A DNA stretch of 64,000 bases, taken from NCBI RefSeq assembly GCF_963921235.1, contig NC_086118.1, forward strand, positions 23,190,001 through 23,254,000, written 5' to 3'. This DNA comes from Mobula hypostoma (Eukaryota). How positions within the stretch are numbered: the stretch's first letter is position 1; every line of letters starts with the position of its first letter. A program made the position numbers and the translations under genes. Below are positions 49,469 to 63,255 of this stretch, piece after piece. The notes under the pieces are model-generated. The model did no database searches and had not been told where the DNA came from. It was given only the letters and a program-made list of their open reading frames with translations.

Positions 49469-50384
49469 GTATCAATTAATGTGATACTATACGTTGTCAG
49501 GAGATCGTGTAATTTCTAGGACAGATGACGAGGGCATAAGTATTTCTGCTGGAAGTTTTTACTTAGAATTGAGTGCAGTTTTTCAGGGTTTTAACTTGAT
49601 GAAGAACTTCAAGTTAAATATCTCGTGATGAAGGACCTGAAGTATGAGACAGATTAGGGAGCTGGCATGAGGTTTTGGAGTTTACTTAATGAGATAAATG
49701 AATTAAATGAAGCATTACTTAATTTATCACATATGTTCATATACTTTTAGTATTTAAACTGCTGCAGTCTGCACAGAGATTCACAGTACACAAAGCAAGC
49801 CATTACACACGTGTTTTTGCATTGTCTCTTTCAAGTTACATATTTGCACAAAATATTGTGCTATTTTTTATAATAATTTGTAAACTACGTTGAGCAGACT
49901 TTTTTCGTCTTGCAAGAATTTGAAGGTGCTGGTAAATTAATGCTTCTCTAATTTGCCAATAAAAAAACTGGAATAAAGCTAAACCCAGAGCTATGTAACA
50001 GAAGGATTATCACTTTTGTTGAAATCAAGAAAGCAGTAATATGGTATGAATATTATAAAAATGTTTTCAAATATCCTTTAAAATTATGATTTGAAAGCTT
50101 TCTTTTCATTAGTTTGAAAGGTATGTTTTCTACATTTTAATTTTCGATACATTTTAGAGTATCAGAATGAAATTTAATATTTATTTTGTAATATTCCTTT
50201 GCTATCTTAATTGCATAATCTCATTTTTGACTGTTCAGTAAATATTTTTCAAACTGTTTTCACAAAATTTTCAACTTTGGTTTCTGTTCCACTTAGAAAA
50301 AAACAAACGCAAGGGTTAAGTAGCAGGAATATAGTACTTTAGTTTTTGGATCTGAGGCCTTTTCTGGACAGTATCCCATAATAG

Positions 50385-51120
50385 GAAAAGGGGAGGTGCA
50401 ACAAGACCTGGGTGTCATTATACACCAGTCATTGAAAGTGGGCATGCAGGTACAGCAGGCGGTGAAAAAGGCGAACGGTATGCTGGCATTTATAGCGAGA
50501 GGATTCGAGTACAGGAGCAGGGAGGTACTACTGCAGTTGTACAAGGCCTTGGTGAGACCACACCTGGAGTATTGTGTGCAGTTTTGGTCCCCTAATCTGA
50601 GGAAAGACATCTTTGCCATAGAGGGAGTACAAAGAAGGTTCACCAGATTGATTCCTGGGATGGCAGGTCTTTCATATGAAGAAAGACTGGATGAACTGGG
50701 CTTGTACTCGTTGGAATTTAGAAGATTGAGGGGGGATCTGATTGAAACGTATAAGATCCTAAAGGGATTGGACAGGCTAGATGCGGGAAGATTGTTCCCG
50801 ATGTTGGGGAGGTCCAGAACGAGGGGTCACAGTTTGAGGATAGAGGGGAAGCCTTTTAGGACCGAGATTAGGAAAAACTTCTTCACACAGAGAGTGGTGA
50901 ATCTGTGGAATTCTCTGCCACAGCAAACTGTTGAGGCCAGTTCATTAGCTATGTTTAAAAGGAAGTTAGATATGGCCCTTGTGGCTACAGGGGTCAGGGG
51001 GTATGGAGGGAAGGCTGGGTTCTGAGTTGGATGATCAGCCATGATCATAATAAATGGCGGTGCAGGCTCGAAGGGCCGAATGGCCTACTCCTGCACCTAT
51101 TTTCTATGTTTCTATGTTTC
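50385..51120 (+). mobile_element. Young 5'-truncated CR1, same subfamily as 35726-39045
   Basis: Uninterrupted 209-aa ORF2 C-terminus, nearly identical to the minus-strand copy. (tttctatg)n tail and TSD taatag at 50379-84 and 51121-26. Confidence 0.95.
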
Positions 51121-51224
51121 TAATAGATTTTAATCTGAAGAAAAAACTGGCGTTTCTGCACCTACCCATTTCGTGGCCTGGGTGATATGTGATGTGAATA
51201 TACTAACCTGCATTTTCCAGCATT

Positions 51225-54200
51225 AATGTACTACCTCCCAGGTGCCAGGGTCAAGGATGGCTCGGATCATGTCCACAGAACTTTGGAGAGAGAGGGAGTG
51301 CAGCCACATGTCTTGGTGCATATTGGTACCAAAGACACCGGAAGGAAAAGCAAAGAGGTCCTGAAAAGAGAATTTAGAGAGCTGGGACCTCCCGCGTAGT
51401 AATTTCTGGATTGCTGCCTGTACCACGTGCCAGTGAGGGTAGAAACAGGATGATTTGGCAGATTAGTGCGTGGCGGAGAAGCTGGTGCAGGGGGCAGGGT
51501 TTCAGGTTCTTGGATACTTGGGATCTCTTCTGGGGGAGGTATGACCTGTTCAAAAGTGACAGGTTGCACCTGAACCAAAGGAGGACCAATATTCTCGCAG
51601 GCAGGTTTGCAGGTTTGTTAGAGCTGTTGTGGAGGGTTTAAGCTAACTTGGCAGGGGAATGGGAACAGGAGTGCAGGGACTCAGGATAGGACAGATAGTT
51701 AAAAAGCAAAGGTAGCATGCAGTCAGACTGTCAGAAAGGGCAGCAGATAATAGGACAAAATTGCAGGCAGCAGGGTGAGTATTAGTGCATTAGGGATGCA
51801 GAATCAAAAAGAGTAGCAAATACAGCACACAAAGTGTTACATCTCAATGCACGGAATATAAGAAGTAAGGTGGATGATGATATTGCAATTTTACAGATTG
51901 TTGGGTATGATGTTGTGGCCATCACTGAAGGATGGTTGTAGTTGGGAGCTGAATGTCCAAGGTTACAGGCTGTATCGGAGGGATAGGAAGGTAGGCAGAG
52001 AGGGTGGCATGGCCCTGCTGCTAAAGAATGGCATCAAATCAGTAGAAAGAGGTGACATAGGATTGGAAGATATAGATTCCTTGTGGTTTGAGTTAAGAAA
52101 CTGCAAGGGTAAAAGGACCCTGATGGCAGTTATGCACAGACCTCCCAACAGTAGCTGGGATATGGACCACAGATTACAACAGGAAATAGAAAAGGCATGT
52201 CAAAAGGGCGATGTTATGACAGTCATGGGAGATTTCGTTATGCAGGTCAATTGGGAAAATCAAGTTAGTAATGGATCTCGAGAGAGAGTTTGTTGAATGC
52301 CTGTGAGATACCTTTTTAGAGCAGTTTGTCATTGAGCCTATTAGGAGCTTAAGGTGATGAGGCAGTGATCACAATATGATTGAGTTCAACTTGAAATTTG
52401 AAAGGGAGAACGTAAAGTCTGATGTAGCAATATTTCGGTGGAGTAAAGAACATTGCAGTGGTATGAGAGAGGAGTTGGCCAAAGTAAGTTGGGAGGAGAT
52501 GCTGGCAGGGATGACAGCAGAGAAGCAATGGCATGAGTTTCTGGAAAAAGTGAGGAAGGTGCAGGATAGAGGTATTCCAAAAACAAAGAAATAATCAAAT
52601 GCAATATATTATAACTGTGGCTGACAAGGGAAGACAAAGCTAATGTAAAAGCAAAGCAGAGGGCATACAACAATGCAAAAATTAGTGGAAAGACAGGATT
52701 AAAAGACGTAACGTTAGAAATTGTGATAGCATTAGAAATGATCTTTCAAAACTCATTGGACTCTGGCATGGTGCCAGACGACTGAAAAATTGCAAATGTC
52801 ACTCCACTCTTTAAGAAAGGAGGAAGGCAGCAGAAAGGACCTCAGTGGTGGGAAGATGTTAGAGTCAATTATTAAGGGCAAGGTGATGTAGTCCATGGTG
52901 ACACAGGACAAGATAGAATAAAGTCAGCATGGTTTCCTTAAGGGAAAATCCTTCCTGATGAACCTGTTGGAATTCTTTGAGGAGATTACAAGCAGGAAAG
53001 ATAAAGGGGATGCACTGGATGTTGTATAATTGGACTTTCAGAAGGCCTTTGACAAGGTGCCACACATGAGACTGCTTACCAAGTTAAGAGCCCATAGTAT
53101 TACGGGAAAGTTACTAACATGGTTAGAGCATTGGCTAATTGGAAGAAGGCAGCGAGTGAGAATGAAAGGATCCTTGTCTGGTTGGCTGCCAGTGACTAGT
53201 GGTGTTCCGTAGGGATCGGTTTGAGACCACTTCTTTTTATGCTGTATATAAATGATTTAGATGATGAAATAGATGGTTTTGTTGCCAAGTTTGCAGATCA
53301 TAAAAAGATGGGTGGAGGGGCAGGTAGTGTTGAGGAAACAGAAAGGATGCAGAAGGACTTAGATTAGGAGAATGGGCAAGGAAATCGCAAATGAAGTAAA
53401 ATGTTGGAAAATTGTCATGCACTTTGGTAGTAGAAATAAATGTGTGGATTATTTTTTTAAACCGGGAGAAAATCCAAAAATCTGAGATGCAAAAGGACTT
53501 GGGAGCCCTTGTGCAGAACACCCTATAGGTTAACTTGCAGGTTGAGTCGGTGGTGAGGAAGGCAAATGCAATGTCAGCACTCATTTCAAGAGGTCTAGAA
53601 TACAAGAGTAGGGATGTGATACTGAGGCTTTATAAGGCAGTGATGGGGCCTCACCTTGAGTATTATCTACAGTTTTGGGCTCCTCATCCTAGTAGAGATC
53701 TGCTGGCATTGGAGAGGGTCCAGAGGAGGTTCACAAGGATGATTTCAGGAATGAAAGGGTTATCATCTGAGGAATGTTTGATGGCTCTGGGTCTGTACAC
53801 GCTGGAATTTAGAAGGATAGGGGGGATCTCACTGAAATCTTTCGAATGTTGAAAGGCCTAAACAGAGTAGATGTGGAAAGGATGTTTCCCATGGTGGGAG
53901 AGTCTAGGACAAGAGGGCACAGCCTCAGGATACAGGGGCATCGATTTGAAATAGTGATATAGAGTAATTTCTTTAGCCAGCGGGTGGTGGATTTGTAGAA
54001 TTTGTTGCCACGTGCAGCTGTGGAGGCCAGGTCGTTGGGTGTATTTAAGGCAGAAATTGATAGGTTCTTGATTGGACATGGCATCAAAGGTTACAGGAAG
54101 AAGGCTGGGAAATGGGGCTGAGGAGGAGAGAAAGAAGGATCAGCTGTGATTGAATGGCAGAGCAGACTCGATGAGCCAAATGGCCTAATTCTGCTCCTAT

Positions 54201-55160
54201 GACTTATGGTCTTATGATTGGGAAGCTTTTAAAAACCTACAGTGAGCAACTAAAGGAATCATTAGGAGGGAAAAGATGAAGTGGAAAAGATGAAGTGTAA
54301 AAGCAAGCTAGTGAACAAAGTGAATGGTTAAAGCTTTTTTCAAGTATGTAAAAGATGAAAGAAAGATGAGAGTAGATTTCATAGAAGAAATGAATGTACA
54401 GGCTATTTTCTAAATGGAGAGAAAATCCAAAAATCTAAGATGAAAAGGGACTTGGGAGTCCTTGTGCAGAACACCCTAAAGGTTAACTCGCAAGTAGAGT
54501 TGGTGGGGAGGAAGGCAAATGCAATGTTATCATTCATTTCAAGAGGTCTAGAATACAAGAGCAGGGATGTGATGCTGAGTCTGTACAAGGCACTGGTTGA
54601 GGCCTCACCTTCAGTATTGTGAACAGTTTTGGGCTCCTCATCTAAGAAAAGACGTGCTGGCATTGGAAGGGGCTCAGAGGAGGTTCACAAAGATGATTCC
54701 AGGAATGAAAGGGTTATCATATGAGGAACATTTGATAGCTCTGGGTCTGTACTTGCTGGAATTTATAAGGATGAGGGGTGATCTCATTGAAACCTTTCGA
54801 ATGTTGAAAAGCCTGGACGGTATAGATGTGGAGAGAATGTTTACCATGGTGATGGAATTTAGGACAAGAGGGCACAGCCTCAGGATAGAGAGGCATCCAT
54901 TTAAAATAGAGTTGCGGAGAAATTTCTTTAGCCAGAGGATGGTACATTTGTGGAATTTATTACCACAGGCAAGCTGTGGAGGCCAGGTCATTGTGTGTAT
55001 TTAAGACAGAGCTTGATAGGTTCTTGATTGGATATAGAATCAAAGGTTACAAGGAGAAGGCTGAGGAGTGGGCCTGAGGAGGGGAGAAAAGGATCAGCCA
55101 TGATTGAAGGGCCAGGCATGGGCAAATTAGCCGAATTCTGCTCGTATGTCTTATGGTCCG
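51225..55160 (+). mobile_element. Decayed CR1 (ORF1 esterase, APE, 3' end) interrupted by a nested CR1
   Basis: WCRGQGFRFLDTWDLFWGRYDLFKSDRLHLN, then LWFELRNCKG..HRPPN..MGDF. The host resumes at ~54216 (gattgggaagcttttaaaaacc). A 3' segment spans ~54395-55160. Confidence 0.85.
52705..54215 (+). mobile_element. Nested CR1 RT-to-3' end fragment
   Basis: DFQKAFDKVPH, VTSGVP and LERVQRRFTRMI. Ends ctgctcctatgacttatggtcttat. Possible gatt duplication at the junctions. Confidence 0.85.
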
Positions 55161-55514
55161 CAGGCAGGGGTACAGTTGAGAATGTGCAACACTGTTTATT
55201 CTTAAAATCTGAGACATTTGGCAGTTGGATGTACATTGGTTAGGTATTGACGACTGGATGAACTGCTGCAGGATAAATTAAGAAATGTGTATTTTATAGG
55301 AAATGTCAGGCTGGACTGTGCAGCAGTAGATAATCTGACAATGTGGTTAATAAGGATTTCAATTGCAGATTCGCTAAAGTGGGGCAAAAGTCAAACAATA
55401 CAGAGGTGTGTGTTTGTAGTGATTATAACATTGAGGATGGAATTCAGACCACTTCTTCAGAGGTTATCAGCAGTCCAGTTCAGGTTGATTTATTGAAAAA
55501 AAATAAAAAATAAA

Positions 55515-56233
55515 TAAAAGGGCAGACTATTATTTAAATAGGGAAAGAATTCAAAGTTCGGAGATGCAACGGGGCTTGGGAGTCCTCGTACAGGATACGC
55601 TTAAAGTTAACCTCCAGGTTGAGTCAGTAGTGAAGAAGGCAGATGTGATGTTGAGACTCTATAAGGCGCTGGTGAGACCTCGCTTGGAGTACTGTGGGCA
55701 GTTTTGGTCTCCTTATTTAAGAAAGGATCTGCTGACGTTGGAGAGGGTACAGAGAAGATTCATTAGAATGATTTCGGGAATGAGAGGGTTAACATATGAG
55801 GAACGTTCGTCCGCTCTTGGACTATATTCCTTGGAGTTTAGAAGAATGAGGGGAGACCTTATAGAAACATTTCGAATGTTGAAAGGCATGGACAGAGTGG
55901 ATGTGGCAAAGTTGTTTCCCATGATGGGGGAGTCTAGTACGAGAGGGCATGGCTTAAGGATTGAAGGGCGCCCATTCAGAACAGAAATGCGAAGAAATTT
56001 TTTTAGTCAGACGGTGGTGAATCTATGGAATTTGTTGCCACAGGCAGCAGTGGAGGCCAAGTCATTGGGTGTATTTAAGGTAGAGGTTGATATATCTGAG
56101 TAGCCAGGGCATCAAAGGTTATGGTGAGAAGGCGGGGGAGTGGGACTAAATGGGAGAATGGATCAGCTCATGATAAAATGGCGGAGCAGACTCGATGGGC
56201 CTAATGGCCGACTTCTGCTCCTTTGTCTTATGA
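55515..56233 (+). mobile_element. CR1 3' fragment
   Basis: ORF 55564..56103 LYKALVRPRLEYCGQFWSP..RNFFSQTVVNLWNLLP, followed by a CR1 3' UTR. Confidence 0.9.
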
Positions 56234-56329
56234 TTATATACGAGCTGGTTGGTGTTGAGCTTAAAAGATTAGTTCTGTTGAATAAAGAAATTGTCTTCTA
56301 TTTCAGTGTATCAAAATATTTTGCAAGGT

Positions 56330-56900
56330 TGAACATAGAACAGTACAGCACTGGAACAGACCTTCGGCCCACAATGTTGTGCTGAACCAATTAAATTGAT
56401 AATCAAATAGCCAACTAAACTAATCCCTTTTGCCTACCCAGTGTCTATATCCTTCCATTTCCTCATGTCTCTTAAAGTCCCAGATGTTTCTGCCTGTACC
56501 ACTACCCCATTCCAGGCACCCACCACTCTGTGTATATATATAAAAAAAATTGCCCCTCATATCTCCTTTGAACTTAACTGTCTCAACCTAAATGTATGCA
56601 CTCTGGTATTAAACATTTCAACCTTGGGAAAAAGACTCTATGGCTTTCATAATCTGATAAACCTCTGTAAGTTCTCTTCTCAGCCTCTGCCACTCTAGAG
56701 AAAACAACCCAAGTTTGTCCAACCTCTCAATGTAGCAAATTGCCTTCTAATCCAGGCAGCATCCTGATAAATCTCTTGAGAACCCTTTCCAAAGCCTCGA
56801 CATCCTTACTATAATGGGGTAACCAAAACTGTATGTGATACTCTAGATATGGCCTAACTAGAGTTTTAAAGCTCAATGTAACTTCCTGACCTTTGAACTC
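56330..56900 (-). mobile_element. Degenerate CR1 3' fragment
   Basis: ORF 56727..57038 contains FKTLVRPYLEYHIQFWLPHYSKDVEALERV. Tail gaacatagaacagtacagcac at 56331. Confidence 0.85.
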
Positions 56901-57048
56901 AAAGCTTGCATATTGGCAGTGTGTCCTTAATTGAAAGAAATGCCATTTAAAACCAAATTTGTAAAGAATAACTGCATCAGACATCTCTATGACATATAAG
57001 CCCAGGATAGCACTTGTAGTGAATAGATTGTAACCCAAGTGATTTTGC

Positions 57049-57223
57049 TCGCTGGCTGGTTGTATAACGGCAGACTTTGAGGCAAGTGATCCAGGGTTCG
57101 AATCCGACCAGCTCCTTGCATGCTTTCCACCCCCAACTCAACCTTGTAAAGAAAAACAGACAAATGCTATAAAGAAATGGCAAATTGCTACCCAGTGCAC
57201 CATAAGGCGTGGAGTGGTACAAG
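57049..57223 (+). mobile_element. Short tRNA-derived SINE
   Basis: B box GGTTCGAATCC and a perfect 12-bp TSD aagtgattttgc at 57037-48 and 57224-35. Confidence 0.8.
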
Positions 57224-60200
57224 AAGTGATTTTGCACCTAATGTTGACACAGCTTATTGACTGATTTAAGTGTACTTAGTGACATCACATTGGCTTGAGT
57301 AAGGCTGAAGTCTTTTCAGTCATCCTTATTCCATTAAGCGGATGATTGTCGTGGTCTCCTGGAACTTCATCTTCTCAAAAACTCATTCAATTCACTCTAT
57401 ATGATAACAAGATGTAACTGAGAGCATTGGACATAAGCAGGCCTGAAGGCCATGGGAGCATCTCTGCTCAATGCTGAAGACTTGTGATTCAGAACATGGT
57501 GATACAATAGCCAGACAGTTGTAGTTCAACTATAATACTGGCAGTTACCCAGCAAAGCAAATATTTGTCCTAGTATGTCCCGGTCAGGCGTGAACAAACC
57601 AAACTGATCAATTACTATCTCATCAATCTGTTCTTAATGAGGCATAGAGTGCTGGAAAATATTGTTGTTCATGCTAACAATCAAAACATAACCAATAATC
57701 TTCTCTGTTGAGGTTCCAACAGGACCACTTAAATGCAGACTTCTTTAGAGCCTTGAGGCAAGTATGGATTAAAACAAGTGAATTGTATAGATGAGCGTGG
57801 CTGCCCTTGACATTGATGCAGCATTTGGCTAAGCAAAACTGAAATTGGTAGGCATGCAGGAAAATCTTTCTACAGTGGGCTGCTGCCACATGGTGCCGGT
57901 GATCTAGGTTCATATATAACCTCTATGGCTGTCTGTGTAGAGTTTGTACTATTTCATTGTAACCACATGGGTACTCCAGTTTGCTCTTGCACCTCAAAGA
58001 AGACTTAGTTGATCATTCTAAATTGTCCATAGTTTATTGGTCAGTGGTAGTATCTGGAAGAGATGGTGGGAATGCAGGGAGAAAGGAATATGGAGAAAGT
58101 TAGTGGAGGATTGAGATTGCTCTGTGAGCTGACACGGATGATGGCGCAAGGATATTTGGTAGTCTGATCTAACATGAAGGGAATGGAATTTGGTTATTGG
58201 AGGTCAATCACCTTGGTCCCAGGGAATACTGTAGGAGTTTTCTCAAAGAACTGTTCGGTCCAGTTTTACGGTTGTTACATTCATGACTCCCACCACTACT
58301 GGCACGCTAAGGCCAGAAAGTGCATCATCTACAAGATGAATTGCAACAACAATGATCAGATTGCCTCAACAGCATCCATCAAGCCCACAGTCTGTATCAC
58401 CTAAAAGGACAAAGGCAGGAGGCGAATGTAAGTTTCCTTCCAAGGCATTAACCAATCTAACTTGATTCCTTTATAAATGACAGATCAAAATCTTAGAACT
58501 TGCCACATAACAGTCCTGTTACAGTGCAGAGGCAAAAGACTGCAGAGTATTGCAGAGTTATTTCTGGAAGACACTTATTGCTTGTAGCTCTCTGCTGTAT
58601 TTCAGATTTTATTCAATACTTCCTGCTGATACCACTTTGACATCATAGTGACATTATCACAGAGCTACAGGTTTAAATGGATAGATTCATTAAGGGGAAT
58701 TGGGAAAGTTAATAAATGCCTGTCATACCAGCATTGCAATAGTCAATGTATGAATTTTTTAAAAAATCTAATCTAAATTTTGATGCTCCATTTTTCCTTT
58801 CTGCATCTCCGTAAGATGGATGAGATGTCAAAAGTTATGGTGGAAGGCAAGAAAATAGGGTTGAGAGGGAAAGTAGGTCAGCCATGATTGAATGGTGGAG
58901 CAGATTCAATGGGCTGAATGGCCTATTTCTGCTCCTATTTTTTAATAGTCTAATTTGTTGATTTAACAATGTTATTAACTTCTGTTATTTTTTTTGATAA
59001 ACTTGAGCATCATGAAATAAATTGAGTATTTGTGGTACCAAATTAATTTAAAAGAGCCCTGCTTCATGCTTATTTTTAGTAGCGATCTTCAAAATAAAAT
59101 CTCAACAAAGGCCATTTGTCTTCCTGAACAAGAATATATGGTTTCCCTGGAATTAACATTTGATTAACATTGCGTATGTAGATACTTCACCCTATTCTCA
59201 GGAACTGCATTTACTTGAAACCTAAGCAGTATTGCCATGAGAAGATCTGAAAAATGATATTTTGATTTCCAAACTTTCTATTTAAAGGGATAAAGGCATT
59301 GACTGTTTAAAATAGTCCTTTAATTAATGGCTGAAATTTCTCTTCAGGTGTTTTTTTTTTCCTTGCTCTCTATGCTCTCAAATGAAATGTTGCATTACTG
59401 GTTTTAATGTTCATACCCTGAATATTTTTCTGTGTTGCTTTTGTGTTAGAAAACAACAACTCTATCCAATTAAGTTAACCTGTACATGAACAACTTGCAG
59501 CAATTTTGAAAGCACAGGTCAACTTTAAGTAATTCTGACAATCCCACTAATCAATTTAAATGCACTCCCCTAACACATTTTGAATACATAATTAATCTAT
59601 TGTATGAGTGATGTTAATGTATTGGTCAAGGGCAATTTCTTCATGCATCACTTGCCATATGCTTGAGACTTGCAACCAGTGTGTTGTTTCATTTTTAACA
59701 ATTGAGTGCACCAGTTATGAAATCACATTTGTCATGCATCCAATATTTGCTAACCCATCCAGGAATCAATACAATTGTGTTTGTTGGGACGACAGCAATT
59801 ATGTTAAACTTATGCTAATTACATGCAAATTACTAATTGGGTTTTACTTCTGTTCAAACCTAATCAATAAGATCATCTGCTAGGTTACTATTAAGAAAAT
59901 GTGTTGTGACAATGAAATGCAATTGTTTTAACATGTTTTTTTTAAATGTCAGCGTCTCAAGACTTCCTTTTTTTTAAAAAAAGTATTTTTGTTGACAAGT
60001 TATACTTCTTAAGGGATGCTATGCTTGTAGTTAGCAATACTAACAAAGGAAAATTGGAGCATGTTTTGTTCAGTCAGAGGTAGGGGTATGTGTGTGGACA
60101 CTTCAATAAGTATTAAGATCCATTAATTTCGAAGTCCCTTTTAGACTATTGGTGTATTAATTGTTTGATTGTAATAGTAATTCTTCAAGATGACAAAAGA

Positions 60201-61164
60201 TGAAGAAAGTTTGCTATAAGACCATAAGAGCAGAAATAAGCCATTTGGCCCATTGCTCCACGATTTTATCTTGGGTGATTCATTTCCCTCTCAGCCCCAG
60301 TGTTCTGCCATCTTCCTGTATCCTATAACGCCATTAGACTGGATTGCACTTGTAGGATTCATCTAAGTATAGAGCATTAGGAGAAAAATACAGGGAATCT
60401 ATACTATCTCAATGGATAGTGTATTTGTGTTTTTTGTATATTAATTTGCAAGTTTCTTTAGTGAAAGTGTAATCAAGTAGGTAACATTCAGTTTTTTTGA
60501 AAATGAGTCCATTTTGGAAATAAGCAACGCAGGTTGAGGTTTTTCATGAGGAAAATCCAACAGAATTTGATTTTCTAAGGGATAATGCAATAAGTAAATA
60601 CAAGGCACTAAATAATTGAAGAACAAATTTAAGTCCGTTCATGGAGAGTTTTGCTAATCAGTGTAATAAACTAAAGCTTTTGATAAGTTAATCGACATCG
60701 GGAGTACTAGTATAGTGTAAGCCAGAATTGAGCAAAAGGTCCTCAATGGAATTGTGATCATGCTTAGTCAATAGCTGTGCCAGGGTTATTATATTCAGTA
60801 TATATCTGGGATTTTGGAGTACCATTTCATACTTATCCTTGGATAATCTGTGACCCAAGCCCAAAATGATTCAGCCATGATACCATCTTAAGAGAAAAAC
60901 TGACAATTTCAGGATAAAGTCGGGAATCTCAGTGTACATAATGTTCTATCAGGAAAATTGCTGAAAGATAGTTAACTAATTGATGGATTTCAAACTTAGA
61001 TGAACCAGTTTAATGAAACAATAGAGTTCCCTGCTAGAAGCAGCTCTTTAGTATTGTAGCTTGATAAACATTCACAAAACCTACATTTTATAACTAGACC
61101 ATTAAATTGGAGCTTAATGTAGCTTCACTGAATTGCACTGTTGTCTCACGAAATGATGGGTGAT

Positions 61165-61584
61165 TAGTTATCCCTCTCAACCCCATTCTCCTGCCTTTGC
61201 CCCATAACCTTTGACATCCGACTAATCAACAACCTTGCAGCCTCCACTTTAAATCTACCCAATGACTTGGCCTCCGCAGCCACCTGTGGCAATAAATCCC
61301 ATAGATTCAGCACCCTCTAGCTACAGAACTTCCTCTAAGTGGATGGCCCTCTACTCTGAGGCTGTGTCCTTTGGTCCTAGGCTCCCCCACTCTGTGAAAA
61401 ATCCTCTCCAAATTGACTTATCTGCCTTTCAATACTTGATCAGTTTCAATAAGATTTATACCCCAACCACCCCCACCCCTCCATATTTTTAAAACTCCAG
61501 CATGTACAAGCCCAGAATCAGCAAACACTCCTCATACATTAACCCTTTCAATCCCAGAGTCATTCTCGTGAATCTCCTCCAGAC
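61165..61584 (-). mobile_element. CR1 3' fragment cut by a hAT insertion
   Basis: Antisense CR1 end similar to 22085-22490. Confidence 0.8.
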
Positions 61585-62752
61585 CAGCGGTCCCCAACCA
61601 CTGGGCCGCAAAGCATGTACTACGGGGTTGCGAGGAAACGATATGAGTCAGCTGCACCTTTCCTCATTCCCTGTCATGCCCACTGTTGAGCTTGAACTCA
61701 CGCGAGGTCATTACCCACGCGTCTTCCATGTCAGCGCAGGAAGGAGATCAACTCCTCGAGCTTCCAAATGATGGCGTGCTGAAAAATATGTTTGACTTAA
61801 CATCTCTGCCGGCATTCTGGATCAAAGTCAAGGTTGAATATCCTGAGATAGCCACGAAAGCACTGAAAATGTTGCTTCCATTTCCAACATATTTCTGCGA
61901 AGCGGAGTTTTCTGCAATGAATGCAATGAAAACTAAATTGCGGAATAGACTGGACATAAGGAACCCCCTTCGAGTTTCGCTGTCTCCCATCACCCCTCGA
62001 TGGCACTGTCTTGTTGCAGGAAAACAAGCCCAGGGCTCCCACTGATTTAGCGATATTGGTGTGTTGCAATGATTTTATATGTTCATACGGGGAAAATATG
62101 TGCTGTGTGTTTAATATCCAAACTTTACTTAAAATGTTATGATGCTATTGACTTATAAGTGACTTATATAACCATATAGTAATTACAGCACGGAAACAGG
62201 CGATCTCTGCCCTTCTAGTCCGTGCCGAATGCTACTCTCACCTAGACCCAATGACCTGCACTCAGCCCATAACCCTCCATTCCTTTCCTGTCCATATACC
62301 TATCCAATTTTACTTTAAATGATAATATCAAACCTGCCTCTACCACTTCTGCTAGAAGTTCGTTCAACACTTACTTCAAGCTCCCCTGTCCTCTCCTGAT
62401 AATTGACATCACTATATTCGTGCGAGGAAAATATGCGCTGTGTGTTTAATATTAAATTCGTTAGATAAACCCTTTTAGAAACAAAATTGAGTGTATTAGC
62501 CACTTATCACCTATATTCCGGTTGTGATTAACACCCCTCTCCCCCGAACAGAATCGCCAAAAACAATTTGTAGGAAAAAATCGGCATGTACACGCATGCA
62601 CACTGGTGCCCGCGCAAGGCTTCATGGTCATTGTAGTCTTTCTCGGGGTAAACATAATGTATTTGACTGCTACTCTTGTCTGTTGGCTACCCTACCCCCC
62701 TAAGTGGTTATATAAGTCACTTATAAGTCAATAGCATCATAACATTTTAAGT
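61585..62752 (+). mobile_element. hAT Charlie/Buster-like non-autonomous element, chimeric, right end lost
   Basis: Left TIR cagcggtccccaacc. ORF 61686..62045 is the same hAT dimerisation-domain remnant as 45669..46079. Contains a CR1 tail and a Tip100-like end. Confidence 0.85.
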
Positions 62753-63255
62753 GTTTATAAAACACTTACTCAGAAACTTTAAATGACATGGTCTCATCAC
62801 ATTTGCTGAGTATTGAGTTCCAGTTCATTGCCGTCACTCTCTCTGTTTTAAAAAATATATATTTCTTCTTACATTTTCACTTAATACTCACCTTCAACTT
62901 CCAACCAGCGCCTCTCTTACAATATCTTGTTTAGATATCTTTAAGTCAGATTTCTTTGGTCAGTACCCAAATAGTCTTAGTCTTATCCATAACAGATCAT
63001 GGTGTACTACTTCTAGCCTCCTCATCTTGATTATTAATATGAGCAGTCGCACCATTCTCTTGCTGGTCCTTTGTTGATGAGCTAGAGAATGGCTCTGTTT
63101 TCGATTTAGTCATAGTAGAAGTATCTGTTGCATAGCTTCTGTCCTCGCCCATAGAGATTTACCTTCTGCCCCTTTGTCTGCATTTATAAGCTGCTTCACT
63201 ATCAATATTGCCTGCTGATACTAAGGGGGGGGGGGGGAGGGAGGCATGGATATTA

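Noticed and set aside
60128..60160. FEVPF-coding string resembling the start of the next COX10 exon
   Set aside because: There is no AG acceptor in front, the frame continues RLLVY* rather than DSNMNRT.., and there is no suitable donor.
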